Shown: positions 39,315-52,754, numbered from the stretch's first letter. The stretch is DNA of 62,447 nt from Girardia tigrina (GCA_001938485.1 MQRK01217748.1:67837-130283), one strand, 5' to 3'. Notes: generated by a model from the letters alone, not told the origin. Translations and numbers: made by a program.

Positions 39315-40712
39315 CAGAGTTTTTCAATTAAAATCAGAAATGTTTCAATTAAAATCAGAAACGTTTCAATAAAAATCAGAACTTATTTTAAAGATAATTA
39401 AACTTTAATTTTGTTAAAAAATATAAACGTTATAACAACAATATATTCAACATTAATGATACACAGTAATTTACAAATATTTCTTCTTCCTAAGTTTTAT
39501 TTAATTAAAATTCTTCACGTCTCATTGATTTTAAAGCATATGGACGAGTATCATTAAAAAACACAAAACAATCTTCTGATGTGATTGAATCTTTCCGTGT
39601 TTGAACAGCTTCCATCAATGTACTTGCACATACAACATTTTTAGATTTGATTCCATTTTTCCATTTTGAAAAGCATTCTTCAATCGGATTTAATTGTGGA
39701 GAATACGGCATAAGGAATTTTAAAACATGTCCAGCATTCGTAATTGCTTCACAAACTCCACCAACTTTATATATTGCGCAATTATCCATTATTATAACCT
39801 TTTTTCATAGTTATTGTCAGCCAAGAAAGAAAGCAACCTGTTTATAAACGAAATAAAAGTGTTTCCATTATTAGAGCCTTCCAATACTTCATATTTTAAC
39901 AACCCCATTTTACAAATAGCCACCGAAATTGAAAAGTTTTTACTGCGAATTGTTCTAACTGTTTTCTTAGCAGGCGTTCCTAGCTGGCTTCGTCCATAAG
40001 ATTTTCTCATTGAACAATTAACACCCGCTTCATCCAAAAAAATAATATCTTCTTCATTTAAAGACAAGTAGTAATTTGCAAACTCAAATCGTGATGCTAT
40101 ATACGATGCTGTATTTCGAGATTCTGGGACAATACTTACGCGTTTCAAAAAAAAATTAAATGCTTTTATTGAACGATAAATTGTAGATTTTGAAGCATTA
40201 ATGTTTTTTCCAACGCCAAGTCATTTTTTAACAATCCAAGTGTTATCGAACAATCAGTTTCGATTTCATTTTAAATAAAATCCACATGTTTTTGGTTAAG
40301 AATTGGAGTTTTATGACAACGGACTGGTAGTGAATTTATTCTACCACTGGCTTTATAAACTTTCACAACAGTAAAGACGGTTTTATAGTTCACATCGAGC
40401 TCACTTGAAATCGTTTTAAGTGTTTTTGCATCGTCGTATTTACTGCATATCAATTCTCTTTCACGATTCGAAAGCTGTTTTTTTCTTTCCATTAAAACCA
40501 TGGGCTTAGATTTTATTTTGTTATACGAATTATACATGTAAAAATAAATGTAGATGAACAATTTTTCAAGATGTCTTTCAATAATTGCTTTCATAAATAA
40601 CATTTATAAATTAAACGATTAATTTATTTTAAAATTTAATTAAATGATTTGATTTTGATTTCCACATTCTGATTTTAATTGAAACGTTTCTGATTTTAAT
40701 TGAAAAACCCTG
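39315..40712 (-). mobile_element. Tc1/IS630-like DD34E transposon, TA target duplication, frameshifted
   Basis: TA-CAGAGTTTTTCAATTAAAATCAGAA / TTCTGATTTTAATTGAAAAACCCTG-TA; IIFLDEAG, MDN, PYSPQLNPIEE with 34 residues between D and E; N-terminal HTH at 40271-40500. Confidence 0.92.
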
Positions 40713-41808
40713 TATTAAAAAATATATAACAAAATAATTTTTGACAAAATGAATTCGACGATTTGATACAGAATCGAAAACGATCATTAAAATTTTACAA
40801 ATTCATAAAAGTATATTATTATATTTAGTAAAAAAATGTTAAAATTTTTGTCATCACATACGTTTACAGATAATGTTTTGGACATGATAAACATTTCTTT
40901 CAGACTTGAGATGAATGAGAATTTTTTAGAGAAAAAATGTGTAAAAAAGATCTTTAAAAATGTCTACTTGATATTTTTGACGAAACACTAAAAAATATTT
41001 TATTTATTTCAGAGATCTGACTGACTGATTGGGATCTTAAAATATACTATTCAGATTTGGGAAATTAACATTTGTTTATATAAGGAATTTAGGACTGTTT
41101 GCATTTTTTCAAATAGCTTGATTGATTTAAATGTTACAAAAGATTATTAATCTTTTATGTGGTAAAAATTAAAAAAATGCAATAGTTTCTCATTTTAAAA
41201 TACAATCTTTTCGTTTGTTCTTGTCTAGATTGTTAAAGTGTCGCTTGAAGTCACTGGAAGATAAGTGTACCTTTTGCGTCATATTTTGCATCAATATCTC
41301 GTATTTATTGTATATACAAAGAAGTTGAAGAAAATACTATTTATTTTTATATTATATTTCATAAAAAAATATTAATTATATTTTATTTTTTTAAAAAATT
41401 TACTGAGATTGATTCAAAATATTTTTGTTAATTTTTATTTATGTTGTTTTGATTAATTTATCCTTTTATTATTTGTAACCAAACTACAGTGGCAACTTAA
41501 ATCCCGTGTTCGTGTGAAATGTGGAAGTGGTATCAGATCATATTAGTGATAGATCCAATTCTATAGATCAAAACTTATATAAACCAAGTGGCTACATTCA
41601 TAAATCAAACCTTTCCATCGATGTTATATGAATGAAAAATGTATCAAACAAAAATAAATTCACACTAATAGTATCCGAATACTATCCCAAAGTTTTGTAG
41701 AATTGTAACGAGAAGGAAAATGTAAGCAACAATTAAAAATTTAAGAAAATAAAGTTAAAAATTCAAGATTTTTTTATAATAATAATATTATTATTATTAA
41801 CAATATTA

Positions 41809-41839
<31 letters not shown>

Positions 41840-42011
41840 TTATTATTATTATTAATATTATTATTATTTTATTAATTTTATTATTTATATATTTATTATG
41901 ACCAAATAAAATAAAAATGTCTGTTCATACTGTAAAAGAATATTTGATCAGAACAAGATTACTTTTTCAAGACATGCGAATCCCAAAGACGTAAACCCAA
42001 ATTGTTCTGTA

Positions 42012-43407
42012 TGTAATAAAGCAAAAGGCAAGGCGGTTGCAGCAAGATTTATTTCGCAAACGAAAATTACGGTGACGAATCACCGATTGAAACAAAGGCA
42101 ATAAATATCTCTACACAGCCCATGACATCAAGTCACATAAGCCATGAAAGGGAGAAAAGAGCCTTTTAGTTCAATTGCGGTCCTTAGACCACATCCCAAG
42201 TTGCCGAGCTCGACCCGTTCCCGAACTTTAGCTTGGCTCTCGTGGTAACCATAAAATCCAATTTATACAGTTTCCATGTCTTCTATCCTCCCTCTCAAAT
42301 GCAGTAGGCTCAGAAGGCTCAACAATAGGGCCTTCAGCGCTCTCTTGCACGTCCTCGGCCAGCAGTACCAGTTTCTGCTCTTTCGCCGATTCGCCGTCCA
42401 AGTCTGCAGCCACTCACTTTTTCATCATCTTCGCGCCTTCCACCTCTCTCTCATGGGCAGAACTCTTGTTCCACCTAACGCTTAATCAGCGGCTCGTTCG
42501 CGCACTTATTCGCCCAATATGCGTCCGTAATTGATTGTTAGATTTAACGCCGTCCACGAATCGATCACTGACGTCAACTCGATCCAATGCAATCCGCTTC
42601 TCCATCGCCCGCGTCTCCCGCGATCCACTTCTTCATCGCCCGCGCCTCTTGCGACCCGTTCTTGGATTGCTTGCGTCTGGCAACCCGGTTTGAGCTCCCC
42701 GCAGATTGTTCTTCAGTTCCAGAAAGCGATCGTGCCGTTCCTTGAGTTTTTCGAATCACTTCCGCAGTATAACCTCCGATCAACCGTTGCCGCCGACACC
42801 TCAACGCTCCATTCGACAAACACACACCGGCCTCGACATCACCGTCAGACTGGTCACAACACTCCCAACCAGAAACCGATCGGACCAGCACCCTCTTCGG
42901 TCCATTCGAATTCCGTTTGATGATTGTTCGCACCAGTACTGCCACTGCCATCGTCCCGTTATACATCTCTTCATTTGTACAGTTCATCCCGCCTCTCCAG
43001 ATAAGTTTGATGTCCCTTGCGATCCTCAAAGAGCGACCCACAATTTCTCGATCTTTCGGTCACCGTCACATGCATCGACATCGGCCACCACACTTCCCGC
43101 CGGAAATCGTTTGAATCGGCGTCCTTACTGATCCTCCAGAATCTAATGGTGTCGCTCCTTGGCGATCGCGCGCACCAGTATAGTCACAGGCTCTTTCCAA
43201 TAGTCCCAGAACGACTCTCGCCGGATTCTGCAAAACTTTTTGCAACCGCCAACCTCGAAAGAATCACCATCTCTGGAGTGATCACAGTTTTTCCGCGATA
43301 GCTTGTAATAAAGCAAAAGACAAAGCAGTTACAGTAAGGTTTATTTTGAAAACAAACATTACGGTGACGAATCACCGATTCAAACAAATGTGATAAATAT
43401 CTCTACA
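42012..43407. mobile_element. Non-autonomous LTR element with 104-bp LTRs (TRIM-like)
   Basis: Direct repeats 42012-42115 and 43304-43407, both TG...CA; flanks CTGTA / TTGTA (5-bp TSD, one mismatch); GC-rich interior with no recognisable gag/pol. Confidence 0.82.
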
Positions 43408-43805
43408 TTGTATTTAGATCAAACTCATTTATCGAATAAACTATGCTCATTGTTTCTATACATTTCTGATTTCTAAAATTCATACAAATTTTAAGCCGAA
43501 GGATTTATTATTTTCGAAAGTATTTATAGATATTTAGTAGCATATTACTGAAATACAAAACGAACTAAAGGTACAAATATACATATATAAATTTATATAT
43601 ATATATATAAATTTATCCAATGAATTTCGCCAAATTAAAGTCTTCTTTAACATTCCTAGGCGAAAGAATTGGTATTATTAAGACATGATTACTGACGTAA
43701 GTAATTACTACCTATATAATGTTAATCTCTTACGGGCGTTACTTCCTGTTATAAGTTATCCAAATTCGATTAATCGTTATTCTTTCTCTTTCTTTCTGTG
43801 ATATA

Positions 43806-45139
43806 CTAGGAGTGTCTTAAAAGTTCACGGACTGAGAGAATATGGCGTGATCATGTGTGTGCATGACTGTAACGCGCGGTGTGTGTACGATGACATGAGG
43901 GGGGAAGTAATTGAGGTGAACTCTCATTGGCTGCCCATCGGCATGTGTGTGACATACGAATGTATTAATTTGTCATTTTCTCTCTTGTAGTTAGTAAGGA
44001 AGAGGCAGTGAAATCTCAACCAGCAATCATCTATTTCCTCTAGAAGGAAGAGTGCAGATATTGTGCACAGTTTACACCACGTCTTTAGTGATGTCCCTAT
44101 AGAAAGAACGGCTGTCTTTAAGTGGGTGCAACGATTCCGGGCAGGGCGTCAATCATTGGAGGATGGTGAACGGAATGGGTGACCAACAACGTCCGGATAC
44201 CAAGAAAATGTGAAAGTTATCGAGGAAGTCATTCTTGGTGACAGATGTCTCACTATTCGTGAAATAGCAGCTATTACAGGCATTTCTAAAAGTCGGGTGC
44301 ACCGCATCATGTCAGAGGAGCTGCATATGAGGAAACTGACTGCCAGGTGGGTGCTAGGCCTCCTCAACAATGACCAGAAGGCTAATCGAAAGTCTGCATT
44401 TCAAGAACTGCTGTAACTGGTTCATGATCTTGGTGAGGCGTTCTGGTCACGGATTGTGACAGTGGACGAAACGTGGCTCCCGTTGTATCTTCCTGAAACA
44501 AAGGAGCAGTCACGTCAATGTTGACAGGTGACAGACCCCTTTAAAGGCAAAGACCGTCCCTTCAGCGGGGAAGGTTGCGGTTACAGTCTTTTGGGACTGT
44601 GATTGGATAATTCACATTGATTACTTGCCAAAGTGGGTCACCATCAACAGAGCCTACTACACGAACCTGCTCGACAAAGATCTGCGAAAAGCTCGCAAGA
44701 ACAAACGGCGGGGAAAGTTGTCATCCATCCAATTATTGCAACAGGACAACGCACGTCCCCATACAGTGAAGTTGACTATCATTATCGTGCAACGATTGGC
44801 TGACACTTTTGCCTCACCCCAAATATTCACCAGATCTCAAACCGAGTGATTATCACCTTTTCTCGGCATTGAAGAAACCCCTTCGCGGACATCATTTCGC
44901 GAATTTGGATGAAATGAAAACAGCATTCAGTGCGTAGATTGCGGAAACACTGCGTATTTTCTTCGATAATGGTATTAGGAAGTTAACACAGAGATGGGAA
45001 AAGTGTGTGAAACTAAATAGTGATTATATTGAAAAGTTCGATAGTGATTCTGATGAGGATTGATCAATTTTGTTAACTGGAATAAAATTTTTGAATTTGT
45101 TGTTACTTATCAGTCCGCGAACTTTTGGGACATCCCTCG
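43806..45139 (+). mobile_element. Full-length mariner (irritans-like), disrupted
   Basis: TA-CTAGGAGTGTCTTAAAAGTTCACGGACTGA / TCAGTCCGCGAACTTTTGGGACATCCCTCG-TA; TVDETWLPLYLPETKEQS, QDNARPH, SPDL motifs. Confidence 0.92.
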
Positions 45140-45196
45140 TATAATCAAATTATTTATTTATTTTTCATATATTATATATATATATATATATATATG

Positions 45197-45500
45197 TGTG
45201 TGGTGCTCCCACTAAATACCCAAAATGAAGTGGAGGCATGAACAATTTTTTTAACCAACATTTTAACCACTTTTTCCAGCATGTTAACAGCTTCAAAAAG
45301 GCATTTTAGTAGAAAATATTGGGTTGATTTTCCGGAAATTCTCGAAGCACCTCTTTTAATTCAACTTTTGATGTGAAATGTGAACATTTTAAGGTTTTTT
45401 TGAGATAGAGAAACAAATAAAAATCACTCGGGGCTAGATGCAATTGAAAATGTGTTGGATGCTGTAGAAACCCAGCTTCTAGTATGTATTGGAGCATTAT
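45197..45500 (-). pseudogene. Mariner transposase C-terminal fragment
   Basis: LAPSDFYLFLYLKKTL...HFTSKVELKEVLREF. Confidence 0.7.
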
Positions 45501-46118
45501 CGTAGATAAAAAATAGATTATCTTGGCGTGAATTTCGTCTGGACTAATGGTTATAGACTTGCTCAACATAGTAACAGAAGTTAATTTTTATATCTTTGTC
45601 AGCAAAATCTATTGAAACCACGCCATAGAAATACCAAAAAAATAAAAATATCTTCAATTTGTACCAATGTCATGAGATTGACCTGAAAAAAATTTTAAAT
45701 TTTAATCTTAAATATAAAATATTATTTAATACCTAATTCAAATTTCAAATTATATCTCATTTTATATATACATAGTAAAAAAATACATTTTGGTATAAAA
45801 TGTTATGTAATTTTAATAATATTTATTAATTTTTAATTATTATAAATTTTGTTTAAAAGCTATATATAATTTATTTCTTTAGTATTTAAAATAACTATCA
45901 TTTTATTGTTAGCTATTATGATGGAGACCAACCTGAAAAACGAAACAAATAATGCAAAATTAATTTGAATATATAATATATATTCGTAATAAATTATGAG
46001 TCAACTCGCCAGTTTCATGCTTGAGTCGACCCGTAATGACCCTTAATTCATGTACATAATGGCTTCAACCATAAATTATCTAATAGTATTATTAAGCTGG
46101 ATATAAAGGTTAAAAGTA

Positions 46119-47328
46119 TTGGGTTGACAACTAAGTAATTGAGGATTTTTTTTTAGAAAATCAAAGACAATTTTTTCGTTGAACTAAATAACTTTTTTTC
46201 TGTAATGTATTGCCAATTTTAATCAATGTTCCTTTGTCATCTTTCAGGCAGCATCATAATCCCATGTTCATAAAACTTCTGGTTTTTATTAGCAAAAAAC
46301 TGAATCAGTTACGATTTGACATCATCATTATTATTGAATTTTTTACCCTTCAATGAGTTTTGTAAAGTAATCAAAAAATTTAAAAAGTAAAGTAAAGTAA
46401 TCAAAAAAAGTAATCAGATGGTACAAGGTCAGGACTATATGGTTGATGTTGCAAAACATCCCAACCAAGCTCCAATAATTTTTGCCGAGTGGCCAAAGAT
46501 GTGTGTTGCCTTGCATTGTCATGATGGAAAACAACACTTTTTTGATTTGTCAATTCGGGCCGCTTCTCTTCAACTGCATTGTTTAATTTTGTTAGTTGTT
46601 CAATGTAGACATCAGAATTGATCGTTGGGTTGGGTGGTAAGAGTTCAAAGTAGACAATTCCTTTGTAGTCCCACTAAACGGATAGCAAAACATTCTTTTG
46701 ATGAATATCAGATTTTGATGTTGTTTGAGTTTCACCTGGCCAGCTTCACGACCTTTTCCGCTTGATATTGTTGTGAACAATCCATTTTTCATCGCCAGTT
46801 ATCAGTCGTTTTAAAAATGAAACATTTTTATTACGTTTCTTTAGCAAATCGCAGCTGTTAATGCATTGCGTTAAATGCGTTTCTTGCAGTTCGTGAGGAA
46901 CTCATGTATTGAGTTTGTGAACATATCCAAGTTGTTTTACGTGATTTTCAATGAATGTATGCGATACATGAAGCTTCTCTGCGATCTCACGTGTTGTACT
47001 GTGACGATCCGAATCCGATTATTGCTTTGATTAGGACGTCATTAACTTCAACTGGATGACCATGGTGTTTTTAATCTTTGAGTGAGAAATCACCAGAACT
47101 AAATTTGGCAAACCAATTTTGGCATTTTCATTCTTTTAAGGCTTCGTCATCATAAACAGCACATAACTTTTTATGAGCTTGCGATACGTTTTTCCCTTTG
47201 CGGAAATAAGAAAGTAAAATATAACAAATATGTTCTTTTTCATTTTTCATTTTTCAACGAAGGCCAAACGAAAACTACGCAACCCATAAAAAAAACTTTT
47301 TTCATGGATTGACAGCTGAATTGCCAAC
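46119..47328 (-). mobile_element. Mariner, mellifera subfamily (Ammar1/Famar1-like); 5' end continues at 50326-50390
   Basis: TA-TTGGGTTGACAACTAAGTAATTGAGGATTT TIR; FRKGKNVSQAHKKLCAVY, FLKRLITGDEKW, DYKGIVYFELLPP, VVFHHDNAR, QKLLELGWDVL, YSPDL. Confidence 0.92.
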
Positions 47329-48769
47329 CAGCGTTGTCGACTCGAGTCGCGGCTTAAGTCATCCAACCGAGTCGACTGGAAAAATTATTAAACTGACTCG
47401 ACTCGACTCGTGACTTATTTAAAAAAATATTAACACGACTCGAAAAAATTACTCGACTTGTGACTCGTTTACTAAATGTTTCTGATTCAACTGGACTCGA
47501 ATTTCTTGACTAACTTTAAGATTTAGTAATTATTAAAATCAGATATATAATATTATTAATACTAATTATTATTGTCAATTGAATGAATAAATGTTTAAAT
47601 TTAACTTTCCTAAACCATTATATTTTTTCATTTTAATTAGTTAATTAGTTAACTAATTTTAATTAGTTAATTTTATTTGAGAATTAATTTTTTTTTAATT
47701 TTAAGTTTTTGAACTGATATCGATTTAAAATATAAAAATATTTTTTGTAATAGTTTTTAAAAAAACTTTACATAAATTTTATCAAATTCAGGAAAATTAA
47801 ATCAATTTTTGTTTAAATAATATCATTTTTAAATTTGAATTTTTTTGTTCATGAAAGTGCCATAATATCATTAATATATGTGGTACTCTCCTATGAACTA
47901 AATAAACTGGTGGCGCGCTGAGTTTTTTATCAGCTCACCTTACACATTAATTGAATAATACATTTTAATATTAAAATCAATTTTTTTAATAACTTAAATT
48001 ATTAATTTAATTATTATTATGTAAATTAATTACTAATTTTTAATTATGAAGTTTTCGTTAAGTTCTAAAACTTTAAATTTTTTTTAAATATTCATATAAA
48101 TTACAGGTCGCAAAAACTTCTATAAGGTAAAATTGATCTATTTAACGAAAACATTCAAGTATGAAAAACTTGATATTTCCTTTTATTTTTCCTTAAAAAA
48201 ATAACATATAAATATAAAACATAATAAATATAAAATTAATATATTTCTCAAAAAAATTATAAAACTTTTTTAGTAATCTAACATGATTGTAAACATGAAC
48301 ACGTGTGATTTAAAAAATGTAGTATAAGTTTTTTTACCAAACACATTTTAAAAGTACATTACATTTTCGTAAAAATGATTTTCGGAATTACAATTTTCGA
48401 AAATAATTTTATTAAATCAATTTTCTTATTTTAACACTGAAAATTATCTCATTTTAATTCAATCAATTATCATAACTCATTTTTAAAAAATTAGTAGAAT
48501 GGTATTTCAACAACATACAATTATCTGAAGCATCTTAATAAATTTTATTGTTTTTACTTTTTTTAGGTTTAAATGTATGACTTTTTCTAATACTGAAAAC
48601 AAAATTTAATTAAACTATTTATTTTTTATTACAAATAAACTTGAAAAAAGATGGCAATTTTTTATTAAAAACAAATAAACGCCATTTAAAAATATATTTT
48701 AAAAATATATTTATATCGAAAAAGAAAAAATCAAAAATGAAAAAATTAATAGTTTAAACATTGAAAACT

Positions 48770-49385
48770 GCTTTACACCTGGGAATACTCTAAGCTTACC
48801 TTACTCCGAGGGTTTTAAACACCTCAAGAATTCGATCTTGAAATCAACAGATATCATTTTAAATTTAAAAATTACTTCTCAATCATTTAAAGTTGAGAAT
48901 ATGTTTTGCAATAAATCACATACTCCTTTAGGATTGTGTTCGGACATTGTTTATCAATACACATGTAATGGGTGCGATGCCACATACATCAGAGAGACTG
49001 CCCGTCATCTCTGCAAACGAGTCCAAGAACACAGTCAAAAGGGGGGGAAAGAGTAATATTGCTGAGCATAAAAAAACGTGTAAATGTAATAGGAGCATAA
49101 AGGATTTTAAGATTTTGTGCAAGCATTTTAAAAAATTATTGGGAGAGAGTCATGTGAAGCATTGTTGATAAGATCATGTGATCCAAAAATCAATATTCAA
49201 ACAGCACTCTCAACTAATTTGTTAAGAGTTTTCGATTAGACTTACGTAAGTGATCACATAATCATTCATTTCTTATATAAAAGCAATAAAAAAGAACATA
49301 ATCAGTGATCTGATGATGACGGTTAAACCATCGAAATATATTATCCTAAAATATATTTTTAAATGGCGTTTATTTGTATTTATTT

Positions 49386-49390
<5 letters not shown>
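48770..49390 (+). mobile_element. Penelope-like 3' fragment (GIY-YIG + pLTR) nested inside the hAT element
   Basis: DIVYQYTCNGCDATYIRETARHLCKRVQEH...SNIAEHKKTC, then EALLIRSCDPKINIQ; TATATAAAA at ~49274 precedes a hammerhead motif. Confidence 0.88.
49307..49345 (+). ncRNA. Minimal type I hammerhead ribozyme motif
   Basis: GAT-CTGATGA-T-GACGG-TTAAA-CCATC-GAAA-TATA-T-T-ATC; palindromic ATATAT stem III. Confidence 0.72.
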
Positions 49391-49430
<40 letters not shown>

Positions 49431-51869
49431 ATGAACCAACTCAAAAATTATCACTAACTGCGACCCAACTTGAGAATATTGTTGTTTACATCCATCTGGA
49501 AAGGTTGACGACTGATAACTTAAACACTTTGATAAATTGTTTTGATTAAAGTAGTTATACAATCATTAATTTTATTTAAGAAGGCAAAAGATGCATGAAT
49601 GCTCTAAGTTTGACGAAATATACATTTATTATTTGATTTTTGAGTCTGATTGTATTTATTAGTATTTTGTGGTCAATATTCATTAAGTTTTTTGATAGTT
49701 AAATAAACAAGATTTAACCTTTTACGTTTCTATATGTGAATCTGTTGAATACATAGATTTATCTGTAAGACTTTTATTGATATTTAGATTGAACAAATAA
49801 AATATATTACAGTAATTACTAATTATTATAACTAAAATCATCATATATGTATGTTCTTCTCTAATGATTACAGATATGAAATTTGAAATTTTTACTACCA
49901 ATTTTATGTAATAATTAGTTATAAACATTTAAAAATCACTAATTTTTATTTTAATTATAACTACTTGTACAACCATACTTAAAGTCATAAAATATTTTAT
50001 GATTTGACTGAGACAAAAAAGAGACAAAACCCTTTAATCTTAAAACGTGTAAGCCACTCGACTCTTAAAATATTATGAGTTGAAAAAAACTCGAGTTGAA
50101 AAAATAGTGACTCGTAAAATGTAAAATATGATAAGTGACTTGACTGGACCCTTTACCCGTAAAAATATGTAAAATGACTCGACTCGACTCGTAAAATATG
50201 TAAAGTGACTCGACTCGTAACTCTAAAAAAAATTAGTGACTCGACTCGACTCGCGATTCGTAAAAAAATTAGCGATTCGACTCGAGTTGAGAAAATAGTG
50301 ATTTGACGACAACACTGTTTCCAACCATCAAATAACAAAATGTGTTTTACATTTGTACTACGTCTACAAACCTAAAAATTCAACTTGATGATTTTATAAA
50401 AGTACAATTTTGGATGTTGTTTATTGAAATTATGTCTGAAATAAAGCCAAACGGATTAAGTCTATTAAAGTTGTACTATGAAGTTGCAGAGAGTTACTGA
50501 GAGATTTATTTTACTAAGGAACAGGACGAAAAGTCGGCCGTAGACAGAAATGAATGTACTTATACTATTCAGTACAACTGTACAAGAATATTAATTTTAA
50601 TTTATTTGTCTCAATAATGCGCAAGGCTGCTCATAAGTGCTCGCGAGTTGATAAGAACGAATAAAAGCAAATGATTCAATTCAGAATTAAACATTCCTTT
50701 TAGTAATTGACGTCAATGAAAGCAATTAATTTTAATTATAATCAGTCTTTAATTAATACTTTCGTCACCTACATTCTACTTCAATCAAAACAAAAAAAAT
50801 CATTTATTTTAAATTAGCATTTACATCAGACTTTATATTTTATATTAATTTGAACAAATAATTAGTTGTCAATATGTGATACTTGGATTAACGTAGCTCA
50901 AATGGATGAAATAGTCATTTATAACCATTTATAATCATTTATGAATATAATTAGTATTTTATTATATTATTTATTTATATTTACGTATTATATTATTTTT
51001 TTGTAGTTATGGATTTGTTGAAACATGTTTTTTAATTTTTAATAAATATTTTTAAAACACATTTATAATCAATATATTTTTTATAACGGCATATGTTCAG
51101 GTTTGACGATAAGTTCACAAATAAAAAGTTGTATGTGTATTAAAAGTATAAAAAGTTTATTTATTTAACATGAATGAAAGTTAAAATTTTAAGATAAAAA
51201 AATAATCAGAGTTGTGAGGATTTTGGGAAACGAGTATAAAGTTTTGAATTAAATCTAAAAAATGAAATTTCAAAAACATTAAAAAATATTTCAAAAACAT
51301 TAAAAAATATATCAAAAATTAAAATAATAAGAATTGAATGATTAGAATAAAATAAGTTCATATAAATTTTTATTATAAAAAATGGAGATATATTATAAAA
51401 TAATTTATAACAAAAACTTTTTAAATTAAAATATAAAAAATATTTTTAATAAAATTTGAAATAGTTTAACTATAAATTTTAAAATGTTTAAAATATAAAA
51501 TAGGTTTTTAATGTTAAATATAAATTAAAAAAAATTAATCAGGTTTGAAGTAAATTATTTTGTATTAAATATGAAATAATAAATTTAAATAAAAACTCAA
51601 GATTTCTAACTAAATTACAAAATAAAACAGATTGAAGTAAATTAAGTTAAAATTAAAATTTTTCAAAAACAATAAAATATTCTAATACGGCAAAATTTAA
51701 TAAGAATAATAAATATTAAATTATTTATTTATATTTAAAATTCATTATTTTATATATATAAAAGGTTTGCACTAGAAATAATGAAAAGTGTTCCTTGGAA
51801 ATTTATTCAAAAAACTTGTTTAAAAATATTTTATTTTATTGTTATTAAATAAAAGTTTTCGGTATACTA

Positions 51870-52722
51870 CGTTTGGCCTCCAATAAAAATTTGATCATTT
51901 TGTATAAATAGTTTTTGTATATTTTATATTATTAATTCTACTCGATAACACACAAAAATGATTCTGACACTTATATATATAATATATAAAAATTCAAAAC
52001 AATTTTCTAGAATTAAATTAAAATAATTTATTAAAAAATTATTAAATATAACTAAAAGAATTTTAATAAAGATTTTTTCGAAACAAAATTTAAGAATTAT
52101 TTAAAAATAATAAACTATTTACTGAAAAAAATTATTAAAAAAATTTAATATTTTTTTTAAAATTAAAATAATTTATTAATTATTATTAATTATTATTAAC
52201 ACACGTTAAAAGTTATTCTTTCCATTAATCTATATTCTTAAACTGATGGGGACCCAACAACAAATACACCAAAAATAATAAATAAAATAAATAATTATAA
52301 AATAATAAAAAATAAAAAACTATGGTGCGTAACACCATATAAAAGATAAAAATTTTTAGATTAAAAAATAGAAAAGTATACAAGCTTTTACAATACAAAA
52401 CAAGAATAAGAATACAAAAGTATAATTTAATCCATCATGTGTTGCATCCTATAGTTTTAATTTTATATTTTTGTTTACTTTATAATTACTTATATTATTT
52501 ATTATTTTGAGTGTATTTGTTGATGGGTCCCCACCACTTGAAGAATATTAATTAATGGAAAAAATAAAAAATAATAATAATTTTTTCAGTAAGTATTTTA
52601 TAATTTTTAGATAATTCTTAAATTTTTTATCGAAAAAAATCCTTTTTTTAATTTTTCAGTCATATTTAATAATTTTGAAATAAATTATTTAAATTTAATT
52701 CTAGAAAATTATTTTGAATTTT

Positions 52723-52754
<32 letters not shown>

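Larger units (their letters stand above)
47329..50317. mobile_element. Non-autonomous hAT element (~3 kb) with 8-bp TSD, nested in the mariner
   Basis: Termini CAGCGTTGTCG / CGACAACACTG; flanks TTGCCAAC (47321-28) and TTTCCAAC (50318-25); dense GACTC subterminal repeats at 47335-47510 and 50055-50290. Confidence 0.88.

Noticed and set aside
47335-50290. Clustered GACTC repeats resembling a CRISPR-like array
   Set aside because: Irregular short motifs at both ends of an hAT element in a eukaryote; these are subterminal transposase-binding repeats.
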